A stretch of 32,474 bases of DNA, taken from contig JAGWTX010000001.1 of assembly GCA_028875955.1 (NCBI GenBank), positions 1 to 32,474 of the forward strand, read 5' to 3'. Below, in pieces: positions 28,414-32,474 of the stretch. The notes beneath the pieces are model-generated. The model was not told the origin of the DNA. It saw nothing but the letters and a program-made list of their open reading frames with translations, and made no database searches. Made by a program: the position numbers and the translations under genes. This DNA is from Bacteroidota bacterium (GTDB lineage Bacteria > Bacteroidota > Bacteroidia > Chitinophagales > Chitinophagaceae). Numbering within the stretch: position 1 is the stretch's first letter; each line of letters opens with the position of its first letter.

Positions 28414-29784
28414 TTAAAATAACTGCTGATAGACTTCATCCACACGGCTGACTGCGACCACCTGGATGCCATAGGCAGAGGGGTCGAAGCTTTTTTTATT
28501 GTACCGGGAAATGATGATTTTTGCAAACCCGAGTTTCTCGGCTTCAGCGATTCTTTGTTCGATCCGGTTAACAGCCCTGATCTCGCCATTCAAACCCACT
28601 TCACCTGCAAAACAAACATGCGCAGGCAGGGGGAGGTCTTCATAGGAAGATAAAAGCGCACAGATTACTGCAAGGTCAATCGAAGGGTCTTCCACCTTGA
28701 TGCCTCCGGCAATATTTACAAAAACATCTTTCATGCCGAATTGAAATCCCCCTCTTTTTTCCAGAACGGCTAATAGGAGCTGCAGTCTTCTCAGATCAAA
28801 TCCGCTAACGGTTCTTTGCGGTGTGCCATAGACACTTTGTGTTACCAACGCCTGCACTTCAATGAGGAGGGGGCGCATACCTTCCATGGTGGCGGCAATG
28901 GCACTTCCGCTGAGTTGTTCTTCCCTTTGTGCAATCAGTATTTCTGAGGGGTTGGCAACCACCCGCATACCTGCACCGGTCATTTCATAGATACCGAGTT
29001 CTGCCGTGCTGCCAAAACGGTTTTTCAGGGTTCTTAATATGCGATAGGCATAATGCCTGTCGCCTTCAAATTGCAAAACCGTATCTACCATGTGTTCCAG
29101 AATTTTCGGTCCGGCAATCGCGCCATCTTTGGTGATATGGCCAATCAGGAAAACAGGCGTGCCGGTGTCTTTGGCAAACCGTTGAAACTCTGCCGCACAT
29201 TCCCTTATCTGTGAAACACTGCCAGCGGAGGAATCGATGAGATGGGATTGGAGGGTCTGTATCGAATCCACAATCACCAGTTCCGGTTTTAGTTTTTTGA
29301 TCTCCTGGAAAATGGTTTGTGTGGCCGTTTCGGTGAGCAGGAAAAACTGGTCATTGGATATTTGTAAACGGTCTGCCCGCATTTTTATTTGCTGTTCGCT
29401 TTCCTCACCGCTGATGTATAATACACGGAGCTGTTTGATCAGTAATCCGTTTTGGAGAAAGAGGGTGCTTTTCCCGATACCGGGTTCCCCTGCAACCAGG
29501 ATCAAACTGCCGGGAACAATTCCTCCACCCAAAACCCGGTTTAATTCTGGATCGGATGTGAGGATCCTTTTTTCCTGCGTTGTGACAACATCCTGTATGG
29601 CGATGGTTTTGGTCTTTCTTTTTTCCGAGTTGTAGTTATCCCAGTTTTCCTCCTTTTGTGAGCCCTTATCCAGGATCTCTTCCGCAAAACTGTTCCACTG
29701 GTTACAGCTCGGACATTTACCCAGCCATTTAGCACTTTCATAACCACAATTGCTGCAGAAAAAGGCTGTTTTTATCTTACTCAT
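28414..29784 (-). CDS. radA: DNA repair protein RadA/Sms
   Basis: C4 zinc finger, Walker A GEPGIGKST, KNRFG, Lon-like C-terminus. Confidence 0.97.
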   Translation of the reverse strand: MSKIKTAFFCSNCGYESAKWLGKCPSCNQWNSFAEEILDKGSQKEENWDNYNSEKRKTKTIAIQDVVTTQEKRILTSDPELNRVLGGGIVPGSLILVAGEPGIGKSTLFLQNGLLIKQLRVLYISGEESEQQIKMRADRLQISNDQFFLLTETATQTIFQEIKKLKPELVIVDSIQTLQSHLIDSSAGSVSQIRECAAEFQRFAKDTGTPVFLIGHITKDGAIAGPKILEHMVDTVLQFEGDRHYAYRILRTLKNRFGSTAELGIYEMTGAGMRVVANPSEILIAQREEQLSGSAIAATMEGMRPLLIEVQALVTQSVYGTPQRTVSGFDLRRLQLLLAVLEKRGGFQFGMKDVFVNIAGGIKVEDPSIDLAVICALLSSYEDLPLPAHVCFAGEVGLNGEIRAVNRIEQRIAEAEKLGFAKIIISRYNKKSFDPSAYGIQVVAVSRVDEVYQQLF

Positions 29785-29859
29785 AAAATAAAGGTAAAGG
29801 GGCTGACCCAATTCCGGTTCACGAAATTAGCAGGGTTGGCCGTCAAAATGGGATGGGGG

Positions 29860-29982
29860 ATACTAAAAAGCAAAATCCATCGTTACATCGGATTTGGAGC
29901 CCCTGATCCGGCGAGGATGGATACGTAAAAGGGCCAACATTGCTGTTGACCCCGTTACTTACTAACCCATTAAATTCTTCCA
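29860..29982 (-). ncRNA. Candidate small RNA upstream of radA
   Basis: TAATTTAG -7-like motif (29983-29990); hairpin GGGTCAACA-GCAA-TGTTGGCCC plus TTTT; second stem ATCCATC/GATGGAT with a U-rich tail. Confidence 0.4.
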
Positions 29983-30518
29983 CTAAATTACAAAAATGGG
30001 GCACATACCAAAATTAATTTTTGGGTTCTGTGGATAAATTTCACCCCCCGCACCATCGCCGGTATTGTCACAGAAATCTCCCCATCACCCTCAAAAACTG
30101 TTAAAACCGCGAAAAAGCGATTAGAGGGTCTAAAAGGGGTAAATACACAGAGAAATTTATCTTATCAATTGTATTGTAATCAGTTAAAAGTTATATTAAT
30201 ATATAATATTAAAAATAATTAAATACAACATTTTTTTTCACACCCACGAAACTATAAAAAACAGGATTGGACAGTTACCAAAAAGGGCTGGCTGTTTTTA
30301 TTGTAGGTAACGCATTTGCATTTATTGTTTAACGAATATTTCTATTTTATAATGTAAAATAAAACAGAGTGATTTTTTTAAATTATTTTTCATGCCAGAC
30401 ATTAGAATATCATTAGAATTTAAAAAAAATTAACAAAAATATTTGTTAAAATACGACAAAGCTTTACATTAACGGTGCTATATAAGTACAAACGGTTTTT
30501 TTCACCAAAACTAACAAC

Positions 30519-32474
30519 ATGAGAAAAAAAGCATGCTCAGTGCTAACGGTCCTTTTATTTCTGCTACTGACCGATTTATCAGCACAATCTTCTGTTATTG
30601 ACGGAAAAGTGCTTTCCAGCACTGGTTTCCCACTCTCCGGAGCAACCATCCGGGCCGGAAAGGCTAGCGCCGTAACCGGTAACCAGGGTGAATTCAGTAT
30701 CAAAGTGGCCAAAGGAACCGAACTCACCATTTCCTATGTGGGTTATGCCGATCTTAAGGTTCCGGCAACAAACGGAATGGTTGCTACGCTTCAGGTTTCT
30801 TCTACCGTTCTGGAAGATGTGATCGTAACGGGTGTTGCCAGTGCTACCTCCCGGAAAAAGCTGACAGTTTCCATTACAAAGATTGGTGAGGACAGGCTGA
30901 ATGTTGTTCCGGCAACTTCCGCAGCAAGTGCGCTTGCTGGTAAAGTAGCCGGTGTGAGGATGAGCGCCCCATCCGGTTCACCCGGAAGTGGTGTTGATCT
31001 GCTGTTAAGGGGTGATAATAATATCGGTATCGGTTCCTCTCCCCTGATCTTGGTGGATGGGGTTATCCTGGATGGTGCGCTGTCCGATATAAACGTGGAT
31101 GATGTGGAGTCCATGGAAGTGGTAAAAGGAGCAGCCGCATCTGCCCTCTATGGTTCCCGCGCTGCCAATGGTGTAATCGCCATTACTTCCAAAAGAGGCA
31201 ACCGCCTGGCATTGGGCAGTTCCAAAGTAACCGTAAGAAATGAGATCGGCTTTCAGCAGATCAGTCATTATATCGACATCGCTGAACACCATCCTTTCGC
31301 ACTGGCTGCAGATTGGCAAACGGCTCAGGGGCAATACACGAAATATGCAGGGGTAACTTATCCCGCAGGATATGTGGGTGGCTATGATTACCGTATCGTG
31401 GGATCCCGCAAGATCGATGCTGACCATTATATGGATAATGAATTCGGTGTGACACGTGATCAGCAAAAAGAATTTTTCAAAACCGGTCAGAACTATACCA
31501 ACTATGTGGCAATCTCCAGTCACTATGCAAAGACAAACATTTTTGCCTCCTTCGAGAACAACTCACAGTCTGGTATCGTTCAGAATACCAACGGATATAA
31601 CCGGCAGAACTATCGTTTGAATATCGATCACCAGGTGGCACCCTGGTTAAAGTTTTCTGCAACCAACCTGTTTATCAATACCCATACACAATATCCCGGC
31701 GACGGTGGCGGTATCTTCTTTAATATTGTTCTGGCTGAACCGGATAATAATTTATACATGGCCAACCCGGTGGATGGGCAACCCTATTACCTGCGCCATA
31801 ACCATTGGAGCAATGAAAAAAATCCATTGTACAGTACCTGGAAAAACCAAAGGAATGACAATACCAGAAGATGGATCGGAAATTATTCTGCCAATGTGAA
31901 ACTCACCCGCTGGGCTACATTTGATGTATCCCATTCCATCGAGATATCCAATTACCATTACACCAGCTATGACCCCTATGATACATGGGCTGTCGGTGGT
32001 GGCGGTGGTAACCCTTACGGGATCACGTATACAAAAGGAGGACTCTATAAATACTTTAGTGAAAATAACAGCCAGAACACACAGGCTACTTTAAACCTTT
32101 TCCGCAAATTCAACGACTTGTCGGTAAAGGGTAAACTCTCATACCTCTATGAGAATAAGAAGTATGAATCCTTTAGCGTATCCTCTTCCCAGTTTGCCGT
32201 ACGCAACCTGCCTACCATGGAAAACTTCACCACCATCCGTGATGCAGGTTCAGAAGAACAGGAGATCAAGGCTACCAACTATTTTGGTATCCTTTCACTG
32301 GATTACAAGGACCGGTACTTGTTTGATGGTATGTATCGTTACGATGGTTCCTCCTTGTTTGGAGAGGATGCCCGTTATGCAAGTTATTATCGTGCTTCCG
32401 GTGCTTATCGTATTTCTGAGGATATCAAGATCCCCGGCGTCCAGGAACTTAAGATCCGCGCCGCTCACGGTACT
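30519..32474 (+). CDS. SusC/RagA-family TonB-dependent outer-membrane receptor (3' truncated by the window edge; absent from the ORF track)
   Basis: Manual translation of the 5' part: signal peptide MRKKACSVLTVLLFLLL, ISYVGY, LEDVIVTG, LAGKVAGV, PLILVDG, plug motif DVESMEVVKGAAASALYGSRAANGVIAITSKRG; a YRYDGSSLFG barrel motif is present near the end. Confidence 0.95.
   Translation, partial: MRKKACSVLTVLLFLLLTDLSAQSSVIDGKVLSSTGFPLSGATIRAGKASAVTGNQGEFSIKVAKGTELTISYVGYADLKVPATNGMVATLQVSSTVLEDVIVTGVASATSRKKLTVSITKIGEDRLNVVPATSAASALAGKVAGVRMSAPSGSPGSGVDLLLRGDNNIGIGSSPLILVDGVILDGALSDINVDDVESMEVVKGAAASALYGSRAANGVIAITSKRGNRLALGSSKVTVRNEIGFQQISHYIDIAEHHPFALAADWQTAQGQYTKYAGVTYPAGYVGGYDYRIVGSRKIDADHYMDNEFGVTRDQQKEFFKTGQNYTNYVAISSHYAKTNIFASFENNSQSGIVQNTNGYNRQNYRLNIDHQVAPWLKFSATNLFINTHTQYPGDGGGIFFNIVLAEPDNNLYMANPVDGQPYYLRHNHWSNEKNPLYSTWKNQRNDNTRRWIGNYSANVKLTRWATFDVSHSIEISNYHYTSYDPYDTWAVGGGGGNPYGITYTKGGLYKYFSENNSQNTQATLNLFRKFNDLSVKGKLSYLYENKKYESFSVSSSQFAVRNLPTMENFTTIRDAGSEEQEIKATNYFGILSLDYKDRYLFDGMYRYDGSSLFGEDARYASYYRASGAYRISEDIKIPGVQELKIRAAHGT

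Noticed and set aside
30464-31958. Short ORFs listed in the ORF track over the right end
   Set aside because: They are shadows of the SusC-type reading frame starting at 30519, which the track missed because it has no stop codon within the window.

Overview
Chromosomal window from a Bacteroidota organism, probably Chitinophagaceae-like (evidence: gldH, a SusC-type receptor, TAnnTTTG-type -7 promoter motifs). Most of it is housekeeping: a split phenylacetate cluster (paaA, paaE, TetR/PaaR-like regulator), PfkB kinase, asd, ligA, NrtR-type regulator, yicC, gldH, a two-component system, kdpD-like/kdpE/kup, dacB, mutL, M3 peptidase, ricT/PSP1, holB, glutathione peroxidase, comF, radA, and a SusC/RagA gene that runs off the right end and is missing from the ORF track. 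The most unusual element is a ~690-bp AT-rich cassette at 1874-2564. It carries a GxxExxY (PD-(D/E)xK nuclease-like) gene, a downstream 52-bp tandem array and an upstream inverted copy of the repeat, and it is bounded by a perfect 10-bp inverted repeat that contains the stop codons of both convergent neighbours. Other non-coding signals: an aspartate-family leader-peptide attenuator before asd, four intergenic CTAAC-N4-GTTAG palindromes, a perfect 38-bp palindrome between mutL and the M3 peptidase, KdpE-like boxes, a structured ricT leader and a candidate sRNA upstream of radA. All calls come from reading the sequence by eye; no searches were run.
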